Part shown: positions 1-9,565 of the stretch, in pieces
Position numbering within the stretch: the first letter of the stretch is position 1
Layout: every line of letters starts with the position of its first letter
DNA from: a virus
Virus record (IMG/VR): IMGVR_UViG_3300009182_000043
Span: 1 to 64,000 of that record
Length of the DNA stretch: 64,000 nucleotides
Reading direction: 5' to 3' (one strand)
Program-made: the position numbers and the translations under genes
Notes under the pieces: generated by a model
The model's database searches: none
Told to the model about the DNA's origin: nothing
Seen by the model: only the letters and a program-made list of their open reading frames with translations

Positions 1-667
1 TACCAACACCACCGCCACCTGAACCACCTGATGGGAAATTACCGTTAGCGTTAGTATCACCATACGCAACACCACCACCACCGCCGCCGCCGCCGTTACC
101 TGCACCGGCTGCCGGGCCTGAACTTGCACCAACATAAGCATCCGCGCCGGCGCCGCCATCACCTGAATAACCACCTGCACCACCACCTGCACCAGAACCA
201 TTACTACTTACTTGTTTGCCGCCGGTGCCGCCATTCCCGCCACCGTCACCTACATATGTACCGCCCAATGCATTTGCTGTACCGTTTAAGCCACCACCTT
301 GACCACCACCACCTTTAACTGTAGCTGCGGTTATAAAATAGCTATCACCACCCGTAACACCATTGCCTGCAAGATTTCCAGGAGTGTTACCTTGACCTAC
401 TACAACTGTGTATTGTAGTCCAGCAACAACAGGAATACTATTTTTATAACCTAATCCTCCTCCACCGCCTGCCCGAGCATTTGAACCGCCCGAACCGCCT
501 GCACCAATGCATACTACTGACACTTGTCTTACTCCTGTAGGACATGTCCATTGATATGTTCCGGGAGTGGTATAGTCTTGTTGACCATAAGGTTCATAAT
601 ACGTGGCTCTGAATTTTAATTTTGCACTTATTAAGCCAGAACCACTAAATGAATTAAGTCTTAACAT
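1..667 (-). CDS. Glycine-rich virion/fibre-associated protein (partial, runs off left edge)
   Basis: Not in ORF track. ATG at 667 reads MLRLNSFSGSG...YTTPGTYQWTCPTGVRQVSVVCIGAGGSGG...GGGGGLGYKNSIPV..., the typical phage glycine-rich domain; no stop before position 1. Confidence 0.85.
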   Translation of the reverse strand, partial: MLRLNSFSGSGLISAKLKFRATYYEPYGQQDYTTPGTYQWTCPTGVRQVSVVCIGAGGSGGSNARAGGGGGLGYKNSIPVVAGLQYTVVVGQGNTPGNLAGNGVTGGDSYFITAATVKGGGGQGGGLNGTANALGGTYVGDGGGNGGTGGKQVSSNGSGAGGGAGGYSGDGGAGADAYVGASSGPAAGAGNGGGGGGGGVAYGDTNANGNFPSGGSGGGGVG

Positions 668-669
668 AA

Positions 670-1872
670 TTATCCATAGTATGCAGATTGTCCTAAAACA
701 ATCCAAGCAGAACTAGTTCTTACTAAGCTAAAGGTAATTACGTCAATTTTAGATGCATTACCAGTTCCAGTAATAGTTGCAATCCATTTGATAGTTTGTG
801 CTACACCGTCAATCTGTACGGCTGTGGGTATATAGGGTGTTGCACCCTGATTAACTAATATAGTAACCATCAACACTCTACTATCGGTAGTTGGGACATT
901 AGTAAAATTGGCAGTAAAATTAGCTGATGGGGTAGTATGATAAAATACTGCGCCAGTACTTAAATCATGCACAACTACTCCAGTTGCGCCGGTCTTAGTT
1001 AATAAAATATCTGCTGATAAACCATAAGAAACAGTACCTGAAACAGTTAAACTTGTAAGTGTACCTAAACTTGTGATATTGGGTTGTGAACTACTATAAA
1101 CTGTGTTAGCAACAATTGCATTTGGTACTTGACTACTTGTATTACTGATATTGATATTTGTAATATTTGCTACGCTTGCAACTAATGTACCAGTAACTGA
1201 TGCATTAGTTGATACAACTTTACTATTTGCAATATCTAATGTAAGAAGACTTGTTCCGGCTAATGTTCCATTATTATTAAATTGAAATTGAGTATTGCTA
1301 CCACCGGCTTGTGCTGTATTGATTGCAGGACCAAACGTCATTACTTCAATTGGCGCAGCATTTGTGGGTGCGGAAGTAAATGTTAATGTTGTCCCGCTAA
1401 TGCTATATGCAGTTTTTTGTTGAGTTACACCACTAACAGTTACTAATGTATAGTTTTTGTTTGTTGGAGTTGTGCTTAATGTATATGTTGTTCCTGAACC
1501 ATTACCAGTAAAACTATCAAATGTTAATCCAGTCAATACACCAACACTGGCTGCATTCCATGATTTAATTTCAATGACAGCGCCAACATCGGGTATACCA
1601 GTAAATGTTACTATGTTTGTTGATAGTGTATATGCTGATTTTAATTGACTTACACCATCAATGTTAATATTGATAAAGTCTGCACCACTTGGGGTAAGAC
1701 TTAGTGTGAATGCTGTGGTAACACCATCACCGGTAAATGTATCAATGTATACACTTAATGAAGGTAATGTAGCAGGATTACGTGTCCAAGAACTATAAGT
1801 ACTGTTGTAGGTATATGTGATACCATTTTGTACCGCTACTTGATTATTTGTTGGACTACTTGGAAATGCCAT
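670..1872 (-). CDS. Fibre-like structural protein, 400 aa
   Basis: N-terminal MAFPSSPT motif, two FTG(D/N)G..T..TLS modules, GSNTQFQFN and QPNITSLGTL motifs shared with neighbours. Confidence 0.8.
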   Translation of the reverse strand: MAFPSSPTNNQVAVQNGITYTYNSTYSSWTRNPATLPSLSVYIDTFTGDGVTTAFTLSLTPSGADFININIDGVSQLKSAYTLSTNIVTFTGIPDVGAVIEIKSWNAASVGVLTGLTFDSFTGNGSGTTYTLSTTPTNKNYTLVTVSGVTQQKTAYSISGTTLTFTSAPTNAAPIEVMTFGPAINTAQAGGSNTQFQFNNNGTLAGTSLLTLDIANSKVVSTNASVTGTLVASVANITNINISNTSSQVPNAIVANTVYSSSQPNITSLGTLTSLTVSGTVSYGLSADILLTKTGATGVVVHDLSTGAVFYHTTPSANFTANFTNVPTTDSRVLMVTILVNQGATPYIPTAVQIDGVAQTIKWIATITGTGNASKIDVITFSLVRTSSAWIVLGQSAYYG

Positions 1873-1888
1873 TTTTTACCTTATTCTA

Positions 1889-1896
1889 TATTTATA
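1889..1896 (-). promoter_or_regulatory. T4-type late promoter TATAAATA
   Basis: Exact T4 late consensus on the minus strand, 16 nt upstream of ATG 1872. Confidence 0.7.
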
Positions 1897-1897
1897 A

Positions 1898-4800
1898 TCA
1901 CCAACTTGTTGTTCCGCTAAATTTAGCCCAAGTATTAGTGGCTACACACACATACAAATTACCACTACTATATGCCATTTGTCCGGGTGTTCCTGTTGCA
2001 GTATTACTTATGGGTGCGGTAATATTTAAGAATATATTTGCAAAACTTAATCCACCTGCACCGTTACTTACTATTGCTTGACCATTACTACCGCCTGCTA
2101 TAGATACGTTTGCTAAATTTAATGTTGTTGGGACTGTTGTAGTTGTAGTAGGGCTTGATATATCTACCCAGTAACTAGCACTACCGTCATTTATGTATTC
2201 ATATAAAACATTAGCTGTTGTGTTAAACCATTGGTCAGCAATATTTGCAGTACCCGGTGGTGTTGTAGCCGCAGTATAAGTTAATGAAGTTCCGCCTCCA
2301 CCACCACCTGAAGGTGTGCCCCAACTTAAATTACCTGCACCGTCAGTTGCTAGATATTGACCTGCACTACCGCCAGTAATACGTACATTACTTACGCTAC
2401 CTAAATTAGTAATACCCGATACTGTTAAGCTTGTTAGTGTGCCAACACTAGTAATATTAGATTGAGTTGCATTTATTACTGTGTTTGCTGAGTTAGCATT
2501 ACCATATAGATTACCAATAAAGTAATTAGCAACAGCCGCATTACCTAAATTAGCATTTCCACTAGTGACATTTCCTACAACTTCAAGATTTCCTGTTACG
2601 TTTGCATAACCACCAATGTTTGCACCAGTAGTTGTTACAGTCATTATATTCGTAAACCCACCAACAGTAAAACTTACATTGCCATTTGCAGTTGCAATGA
2701 ATACGTTACTACTACCATTAAAGATATATCCAGCACCACCCAATCCAGTTAAGTTACTGCCATCACCATAAATATATTGACCTTTAACTATACCGCTGTT
2801 AGCATATACGTTGCCAGATGTAATGTTAGTAGTGACTGCTAAATTGCCTAATGTACCTACGTTATTGACGTTATATTGATTTGCTGTACTTAATGTACCG
2901 GTCAATGCACTTGCGCCAATTGTCCCTGCGTTTGCAAATACATTACCAGCAGTTATATTACCGGTTCCTAATAATACAAATCCAGAACTCGTTAAGTTAG
3001 CCGCTGTTGTACCATTGACAGTGAATGTAATATTAGCGTTAGCTGTTGGAATTCTAATATTACTAGTACCATTAGCAATTTGTCCGGCTGCATCTAACCC
3101 TGTTAAATAGAATCCATTACCTACAAAGTAGTTACTACCTACATCTATATTACCAGTACTAGTTATTTTTCCTGCTACGTTTACACCAATACTTGTAACC
3201 GTTACTACGTTTGCTGTGCTTGTGACCGATATGGTTACATTACTATTAGGGGCAACAACTACGTTACTATTACCATTAATTAAAGAAACTGCTGTTGAGG
3301 CTGCTATACCAGTAATATTAGCGCCATCACCAACTAAAATAGTTGATGCATTACCAACTTTTGTAGCTAAGATGTTACCGGTTGTTGTTAAATTACCACT
3401 ACCCAAGTTAGCATAACCAGCAATATTAACACCAGTACTTGTAACCGTTACTACACCGGCAGTGCCACCAACACCCATTGTGATATTACCACCGCTTGCG
3501 GTTATGTTTACATTACTTGTTCCATTTGCTAAAGATGCTACCGCAACAGAACCAGCACTAGCAAATACACCATTACCATATAATACATTACTTGAATTAC
3601 CATCTTTATTAATAGATGATATATTTCCTATATTAGTAGCAACAATATTACCAACAGTAAGATTACCAGTTGCCGCATTAAATGATAAGTTTGCATTACT
3701 TGCGTATGCATAGTTTGCAGTAGTATTGCCACTAACAAACACTGGATAGAAAGTGCCAGTTGTTTGTGTAGTTACTACACCATAATCACTTACGTTAGCA
3801 TAAGCAACGTTTAGATTAGCCACACGTGTTGTGCTTGTTATCGTTAATGGAGCCGTGCCTGTTGCTATATTACTTGTTAATGTACTTGCTATAACTGCGG
3901 TTGTTGCATTTAAATTACCAACGTTAGCATTTCCCGTAGTACTAATTGTGTTAGAACCAAAACTAGCTAGATAAGTAGATACACTACTATTATTATAGGT
4001 AACTGCGGTGGCTGCAAATACACCATTACCATATAATACATTACTTGAATTACCATCTTTATTAATAGTAGCAATATTACCAATACCTGACACGTTAGCC
4101 ACTGCTACTGCATTAGCAGTTGTTGCATAACTTACTGCACCAGTTACATTTGCACCTTGGATATTGCTTAAATTATTACCAGAACCACTAAAATAACTAG
4201 CTATTACATAATATGCACCAGATATATTACCACCGCTACCCGCAGTAGTAATATTACCAGCAACATTCATGCCAGTACTTGTAATCGTTACTACGTTTGC
4301 TGTGCTTGTAACCGATATTGTTACGTTACTATTAGGTGCAACAACTACATTACTATTACCATTAACTAAAGAAACTGCGGTTACCGCTGAGACTCCTGAT
4401 AATCCACTACCGTTACCTAAGAAAAATCCGGCTCTTACATTTCCAAAACTATTGAATGTTGTTACTTCACTTGAAACTGTTACGTTGCTACCAAATGCAA
4501 ATTCACTGTTTGAACTATCCCAACCCATGAATGCGTCTACTGCTTGGGTAGTGTAGTAATGTAAAAGTTGACCACGATCTTTGCTATCATTACTTGTTAA
4601 GGCTGCGCCGTTTGCGCCACCACCTAATTCTATTATTGGGTCAACTACACGTGTAGTTGTAGAGTTAACCGTAGTGGTCGTGCCTGAAACTATTAAATTA
4701 CCGCTTAGTGTTAAGTTAGCACCAGAAATATCACCCGTTGCTGTTATTGTTCCGTTGCCAAATACAGTATTCGCTGTTGCATTACCTACAGTCAATCCAG

Positions 4801-5716
4801 TTAATGTACCAACTGATGTGATATTACCTTGTGCGGCTGTTGTTACTGTACCTGCAGTAGTTGCACTACTTACGGTACCACTTACATTAGCACCTGCTAC
4901 TGAGTTGGCTGTTGTTGCGTATGCGACTTCACCGCTGACATTTGCTCCTGCTACTGCATTAGCAGTTGTTGCATAAGTTGCTAAACCAACAGCACCTGAA
5001 ACATTTCCACCTGCTACTGCATTAGCAGTTGTCGCATAACTTACTGCACCCATTACATTACTGCCGGATACAGCATTTGCGGTTCCGGCATATGTAACTG
5101 CTCCGGATACGTTAGCACCGGCTACTGCATTAGCAGTTGTCGCATAACTTACTGCACCGGTAACGTTAGCACCTTGAATATTGCTTAAGTTATTACCACT
5201 TCCACTATAGTAATTTGCTATTACTAGATTACCAAGATCAGCATTTCCAGATGATATATTACCAGTAACTAATAGACTACTTAGTGTACCTAAACTTGTG
5301 ATATTACCTTGAGCGGCTACAGTGATGTTACCCGCATAGGCTGCAAAATTTGCGTTTCCTACAGTTCCCGAAACATTAGCACCAGTTATATTGGTTAGTG
5401 CGGCACCGTTAGCAGTAATATTATCAACTGTTAATCTATTTGTGCTTTTATCAAATACAAAGTTTGCGCTTGAACCTAAGGATCCAGCATTATTGAATTG
5501 AACTTGGGTGTTAGAACCAGATGCGGTAACAGCACCACCTATAGGCCAAGCCACACCGTTAGCATATTGTAGATTATCTGTTTTTACATAATTAGCTGTT
5601 GCTATATTTCCAAGATTGGCGTTTAATGCGACAAGGTTTCCGGTAGCTGTTACATCGTTGAATGTATAGTTACCGGTTACATCTATTACTCTGGGTCTAA
5701 TCTTTTCTATTGACAT
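1898..5716 (-). CDS. Long modular fibre-like protein, 1272 aa
   Basis: Asn/Gly/Thr/Ala-rich; ~18-aa GANVSG..YATTAN repeats; DPIIE...AFMGWD module; internal duplications; C-terminal GQMAYSSGNLYVCVATNTW motif. Confidence 0.85.
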   Translation of the reverse strand: MSIEKIRPRVIDVTGNYTFNDVTATGNLVALNANLGNIATANYVKTDNLQYANGVAWPIGGAVTASGSNTQVQFNNAGSLGSSANFVFDKSTNRLTVDNITANGAALTNITGANVSGTVGNANFAAYAGNITVAAQGNITSLGTLSSLLVTGNISSGNADLGNLVIANYYSGSGNNLSNIQGANVTGAVSYATTANAVAGANVSGAVTYAGTANAVSGSNVMGAVSYATTANAVAGGNVSGAVGLATYATTANAVAGANVSGEVAYATTANSVAGANVSGTVSSATTAGTVTTAAQGNITSVGTLTGLTVGNATANTVFGNGTITATGDISGANLTLSGNLIVSGTTTTVNSTTTRVVDPIIELGGGANGAALTSNDSKDRGQLLHYYTTQAVDAFMGWDSSNSEFAFGSNVTVSSEVTTFNSFGNVRAGFFLGNGSGLSGVSAVTAVSLVNGNSNVVVAPNSNVTISVTSTANVVTITSTGMNVAGNITTAGSGGNISGAYYVIASYFSGSGNNLSNIQGANVTGAVSYATTANAVAVANVSGIGNIATINKDGNSSNVLYGNGVFAATAVTYNNSSVSTYLASFGSNTISTTGNANVGNLNATTAVIASTLTSNIATGTAPLTITSTTRVANLNVAYANVSDYGVVTTQTTGTFYPVFVSGNTTANYAYASNANLSFNAATGNLTVGNIVATNIGNISSINKDGNSSNVLYGNGVFASAGSVAVASLANGTSNVNITASGGNITMGVGGTAGVVTVTSTGVNIAGYANLGSGNLTTTGNILATKVGNASTILVGDGANITGIAASTAVSLINGNSNVVVAPNSNVTISVTSTANVVTVTSIGVNVAGKITSTGNIDVGSNYFVGNGFYLTGLDAAGQIANGTSNIRIPTANANITFTVNGTTAANLTSSGFVLLGTGNITAGNVFANAGTIGASALTGTLSTANQYNVNNVGTLGNLAVTTNITSGNVYANSGIVKGQYIYGDGSNLTGLGGAGYIFNGSSNVFIATANGNVSFTVGGFTNIMTVTTTGANIGGYANVTGNLEVVGNVTSGNANLGNAAVANYFIGNLYGNANSANTVINATQSNITSVGTLTSLTVSGITNLGSVSNVRITGGSAGQYLATDGAGNLSWGTPSGGGGGGTSLTYTAATTPPGTANIADQWFNTTANVLYEYINDGSASYWVDISSPTTTTTVPTTLNLANVSIAGGSNGQAIVSNGAGGLSFANIFLNITAPISNTATGTPGQMAYSSGNLYVCVATNTWAKFSGTTSW
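4870..5175 (-). repeat. Degenerate ~54-nt tandem repeat (18-aa units)
   Basis: GANVTGAVSYATTANAVA-type units repeated about 5-6 times. Confidence 0.8.
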
Positions 5717-5720
5717 ATTA

Positions 5721-5727
5721 TATTTAG
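5721..5727 (-). promoter_or_regulatory. Late promoter (CTAAATA), 4 nt from ATG
   Basis: Minus strand reads GACTAAATA-TAAT-ATG (ATG 5716). Confidence 0.6.
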
Positions 5728-5742
5728 TCTAAAGAAACCCAA

Positions 5743-8475
5743 TTATTTCTGCGTTTTAATCCAACCCTGTGTGCTATTATAGTAAACTAATGTAAAAGCT
5801 GAACGATTTGTACTAACTGTTAAGTCTGCACTTGCACCTTCAATCTTGCCACCATTTCTTGCAACAATAATATTCTTTGTTCCTGCATTTCCGGTAGCAT
5901 CAATAACACCAACTTCATCTCCCAAGCTTGCACTTGATGGTAACGTTAATGTTACATTTGCAGTTGTGTCAATCAAATAACGCACGCCTGCAATTGCAGT
6001 TGTACTTGAGTTAATACCTTGATATACATACCCTGCAGAACCAGCAGTTCCGCCGTTAATGATTGTAATTTCAACGATAGCACCATTTGGTGGAGGATCA
6101 CTAAATGTAATAACTGCACCAGTTAAACTATAAGAAGACCTTGGTTGAAATACACCGCCAATTGCTACTAAAGTATAGTTGATATTTAACGGAGTTGAAC
6201 TCAATGTTTTCATCGTCCAGCTACCGTCACCTGTGTACGTATCAACACTTAGTGTTGTTGATGGTAATGAACTCCAACTTAGTACACCTGCTCCGTCTGT
6301 TTTTAAGAAGTAATTTGCACTACCACCAGTAATTGTTACATTTCCTATAGCACCTAAGTTAGTTGTGCCTGATACTGCTAAACTTGTTAATGTACCAACT
6401 GAAGTGATATTTGGTTGTGACGCAGTTGTTACTGTACCTGCAGTAGTTGCACTACCAGCAGATACTGCATATGTTGCATTTGCAACAGTACCACTAACAT
6501 TGGCGCCTGCTACTGAATTTGCAGTTGTTGCAAATGATACTGCCCCTGATACATTAGCGCCAGCTACTGCATATGCATTTAATGCATTACCAACGTTACC
6601 GGTAACATTAGCACCTGTAATTGAGCTTAAACTTGAACCATTAGCAATTACATATCCGGCTGTTACATTACCAGTAGTTAATAAATTACCGCTACCTAAG
6701 TTTGCGTAACCAGCAATATTAACACCAGTAGTTGTAATAGTTACCACTCCTGCAGTACCTCCAACTGCCATAGTGATGTTACCATCAGCCGTTGCAATGT
6801 CTACATTACTTGTTCCGTTTGCTGTTTTCTGAGCAGTTGATGCTTGTACACCGGTTAATTGACTACCATTACCAAAGTATACATTAGCACGTACATTACC
6901 ATAACTATTCCATGTAACTACTTCACTGGTAACTGATACATTACTACCAAATCCAAATTCTGCGTTTGAGTTGTCCCAACCCATAAACGCATCTATTGCT
7001 GATCCTGAATAATAATGTAGTAATTGACCTCTATCGTATCCGTCATTGCTACCTAATGCACCACCAGCAGTATTACCACCTTGTTCAATAATTGGATCTT
7101 TTACTCTGAATGATGTTACGTTTGCATATTCAAAAGCACCAGAAACTGTCAAGTTACCAGTGATTGTAGAATCACCAGACACTGTTAAACTTGTTAGTGT
7201 ACCTACACTAGTAATATTTGGCTGAGCCGCAGTATATACAGTACCTGCAATCAATGCATTAGATACTTGACCGCTTACATTAGCACCGGCTACTGAGTTA
7301 GCTGTTGTTGCATAAGAGACAGCACCTGTAACATTAGCACCGGCTACTGAATATGCGTTTAGTGCATTACCAACGTTACCGGTTACGTTTGCACCGGCTA
7401 CTGAATATGCGTTTAGTGCATTACCAACGTTACCGGTTACGTTTGCACCGGCTACTGAATTCGCAGTTGTTGCATAAGTTGCTAGTCCAACAGCGCCTGA
7501 TACGTTAGCACCGGCTACTGCATTGGCTGTTGCCGCAAAACTTACTTCACCTGATACATTAGCACCTGCTACTGCATTAGCAGTTGTTGCAAATGATACT
7601 GCACCAGTAACATTTGCACCGGCTACTGAGTATGCATTTAATGCATTACCAACATTACCTGATACATTAGCACCTGCTACTGCATTAGCAGTTGTTGCGT
7701 ATGCGACTGCTCCGGTAACGTTTGCTCCAGCTACTGAATATGCATTTAATGCATTACCAACATTACCTGATACATTAGCACCTGCTACTGAGTTAGCGGT
7801 TGTTGCGTATGCGACTGCCCCGGTAACGTTAGCACCTGCTACTGAATATGCATTTAATGCATTACCTACGTTACCGGTTACGTTTGCACCAGCAATATTT
7901 GATAATTTATAACCATCAGCAGAAATTAAATCTACTGTTAATGTCTTAGTAGTTGAGTCAAATGTTAAGTTAGCACTTGTTCCCAATGTTGCACTATTGG
8001 CATTATTAAAGAAAAGTTGAGTATTACTACCGGCAATATTAGCATTACCAGTACCAGTTGTCATTGAGTACCAACTTAGAGTACCAGAACCATCAGTTCT
8101 TAGAACTTGACCGTTTGTACCACCTGATATGTGTAAGTTTGCTACTGCACCTAACGTTACATTTGCAGTTGTAGTAAAATCAACTATACCAGTAGCATTA
8201 CTAACTGTTAATCCAGTTAAGCTACCAACGCTTGTAATATTACCTTGTGCGCTTGCAGTTACATTAACAGCAAGCGTAGCGTTGGCTACTGTTCCTACAA
8301 CGTTTGCACCCTGAATGTTGTACAGTGCATTACCGTTGCCACTAAAGAAATTAGCAGTAGCTAAATTACCTAAGTTAGCATTTCCGGTGAATAAATTTGC
8401 TGTAACATTAGCATTTGCAAACGTGAATGTGTCAGTTTGGTCTATGCTAAACTGTCTAATCTTTAATAGTGACAT
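5743..8475 (-). CDS. Modular fibre-like protein, 910 aa
   Basis: 18-aa tandem repeats; DPIIEQ...AFMGWD module; YTGDG module; C-terminal AG.RY.IDT..TLTLP...GD..GVID..G...KNIIVARNG..I domain resembling T4 gp9/gp34-type attachment domains. Confidence 0.85.
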   Translation of the reverse strand: MSLLKIRQFSIDQTDTFTFANANVTANLFTGNANLGNLATANFFSGNGNALYNIQGANVVGTVANATLAVNVTASAQGNITSVGSLTGLTVSNATGIVDFTTTANVTLGAVANLHISGGTNGQVLRTDGSGTLSWYSMTTGTGNANIAGSNTQLFFNNANSATLGTSANLTFDSTTKTLTVDLISADGYKLSNIAGANVTGNVGNALNAYSVAGANVTGAVAYATTANSVAGANVSGNVGNALNAYSVAGANVTGAVAYATTANAVAGANVSGNVGNALNAYSVAGANVTGAVSFATTANAVAGANVSGEVSFAATANAVAGANVSGAVGLATYATTANSVAGANVTGNVGNALNAYSVAGANVTGNVGNALNAYSVAGANVTGAVSYATTANSVAGANVSGQVSNALIAGTVYTAAQPNITSVGTLTSLTVSGDSTITGNLTVSGAFEYANVTSFRVKDPIIEQGGNTAGGALGSNDGYDRGQLLHYYSGSAIDAFMGWDNSNAEFGFGSNVSVTSEVVTWNSYGNVRANVYFGNGSQLTGVQASTAQKTANGTSNVDIATADGNITMAVGGTAGVVTITTTGVNIAGYANLGSGNLLTTGNVTAGYVIANGSSLSSITGANVTGNVGNALNAYAVAGANVSGAVSFATTANSVAGANVSGTVANATYAVSAGSATTAGTVTTASQPNITSVGTLTSLAVSGTTNLGAIGNVTITGGSANYFLKTDGAGVLSWSSLPSTTLSVDTYTGDGSWTMKTLSSTPLNINYTLVAIGGVFQPRSSYSLTGAVITFSDPPPNGAIVEITIINGGTAGSAGYVYQGINSSTTAIAGVRYLIDTTANVTLTLPSSASLGDEVGVIDATGNAGTKNIIVARNGGKIEGASADLTVSTNRSAFTLVYYNSTQGWIKTQK
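7276..7890 (-). repeat. 54-nt tandem repeat array (two alternating 18-aa unit types)
   Basis: 7337-7390 and 7391-7444 are identical 54-mers; units VAGANVTGNVGNALNAYS and VAGANVTGAVAYATTANS alternate. Confidence 0.9.
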
Positions 8476-8499
8476 GGTTATCCCTTTTCTTTATATTTG

Positions 8500-8507
8500 T
8501 ATTTATC
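8500..8507 (-). promoter_or_regulatory. Late promoter GATAAATA
   Basis: Minus-strand GATAAATA upstream of a purine-rich RBS and ATG 8475. Confidence 0.65.
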
Positions 8508-8520
8508 TTAGTTATAGTAA

Positions 8521-8577
8521 TTATGTGGTGATTTCTACCCAATTTGTACTATTCTCATCCCAAAAATACATATCATT
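8521..8577 (-). pseudogene. Probable 3' remnant of a deleted small fibre-associated gene
   Basis: Right after the TAA at 8578 the same frame reads NDMYFWDENSTNWVEITT*, resembling the Y.WDE...W.E C-terminus of small phage proteins. Confidence 0.45.
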
Positions 8578-9564
8578 TTAACTCAACCCTAAAGTTGTGA
8601 CTTCAACTAGTGCTCCGTTAGGGGGTGCAGAACTAAATGTAAGTATTGCCCCGCTTACACTATATGAACTCTTTGGCTGCATAACACCTTGCACTACTGC
8701 AAATGTATAATTTTTGCTAGTAGGTGTAGCTGATAAGGTAAATGCAACAGTAGTACCGTCACCTGTATACTCATCTACTGCGCTATCTAAATGTGAAGTA
8801 TCTGCGGACCAACTTAGATTACCAGCTCCGTCTGTTTTTAATAGATAACCAGCACTACCACCAGTAATATGTAGATTACTAATATTTCCTAAACTTACAT
8901 TAGCACCACTAAATGCTGTGTTACCGGATACGCTTAGATTAACTAATGTACCTGTACTTGTAATATTTGGTTGTGCCGCAGTTGTTACTGTTGCGGCAGT
9001 ACTAGCAGATACACTAGTTAACTGACTACCATTACCAAAATATACGTTAGCACGTACATTACCGTATGAGTTGAATGTTACTATTTCACTTGTAACACTT
9101 ACATTACTACCAAATGCAAACTCAGCATTTGAGTTATCCCAACCCATGAATGCGTCTACTGCTTGGGTAGTATAGTAATGTAAAAGTTGACCACGGTCTT
9201 TGCTATCATTTGAACTTAATGCGGCTGCATTTGCTCCGCCACCTTGTTCAATTATTGGATCTTTTACGTATATATTTGTTACGTTAGTGTATTCAGTTGC
9301 ACCATTAACCGTTATATTACCGGTAATAACTGCATCACCGGTTAATGTTAATAAATTAGTTGCACTGTTGAATGTAAAATTAGCACTTGCACTTAATACA
9401 TTGGCAGTATTAAATTGCACTTGTGTGTTGCTACCGGCAGCCCCAACACTTCCACCACTGGAAATTTGACTATCAACATAGTTTTTTGTAGCCGCATCGG
9501 AAGCAATTGAAGGGTCAGAAATATTCTTCAGTTGCGTTGGGGATGGGAATGATAATGATGCCAT
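8578..9564 (-). CDS. Short modular fibre-like protein, 328 aa
   Basis: DAATKNYVD motif, GSNTQVQFN, DPIIEQ...AFMGWD module, C-terminal YTGDG module. Confidence 0.85.
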   Translation of the reverse strand: MASLSFPSPTQLKNISDPSIASDAATKNYVDSQISSGGSVGAAGSNTQVQFNTANVLSASANFTFNSATNLLTLTGDAVITGNITVNGATEYTNVTNIYVKDPIIEQGGGANAAALSSNDSKDRGQLLHYYTTQAVDAFMGWDNSNAEFAFGSNVSVTSEIVTFNSYGNVRANVYFGNGSQLTSVSASTAATVTTAAQPNITSTGTLVNLSVSGNTAFSGANVSLGNISNLHITGGSAGYLLKTDGAGNLSWSADTSHLDSAVDEYTGDGTTVAFTLSATPTSKNYTFAVVQGVMQPKSSYSVSGAILTFSSAPPNGALVEVTTLGLS

Positions 9565-9565
9565 T

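Noticed and set aside
7276-7890. CRISPR array
   Set aside because: Repeats are in-frame coding units with no unique spacers and no cas genes.
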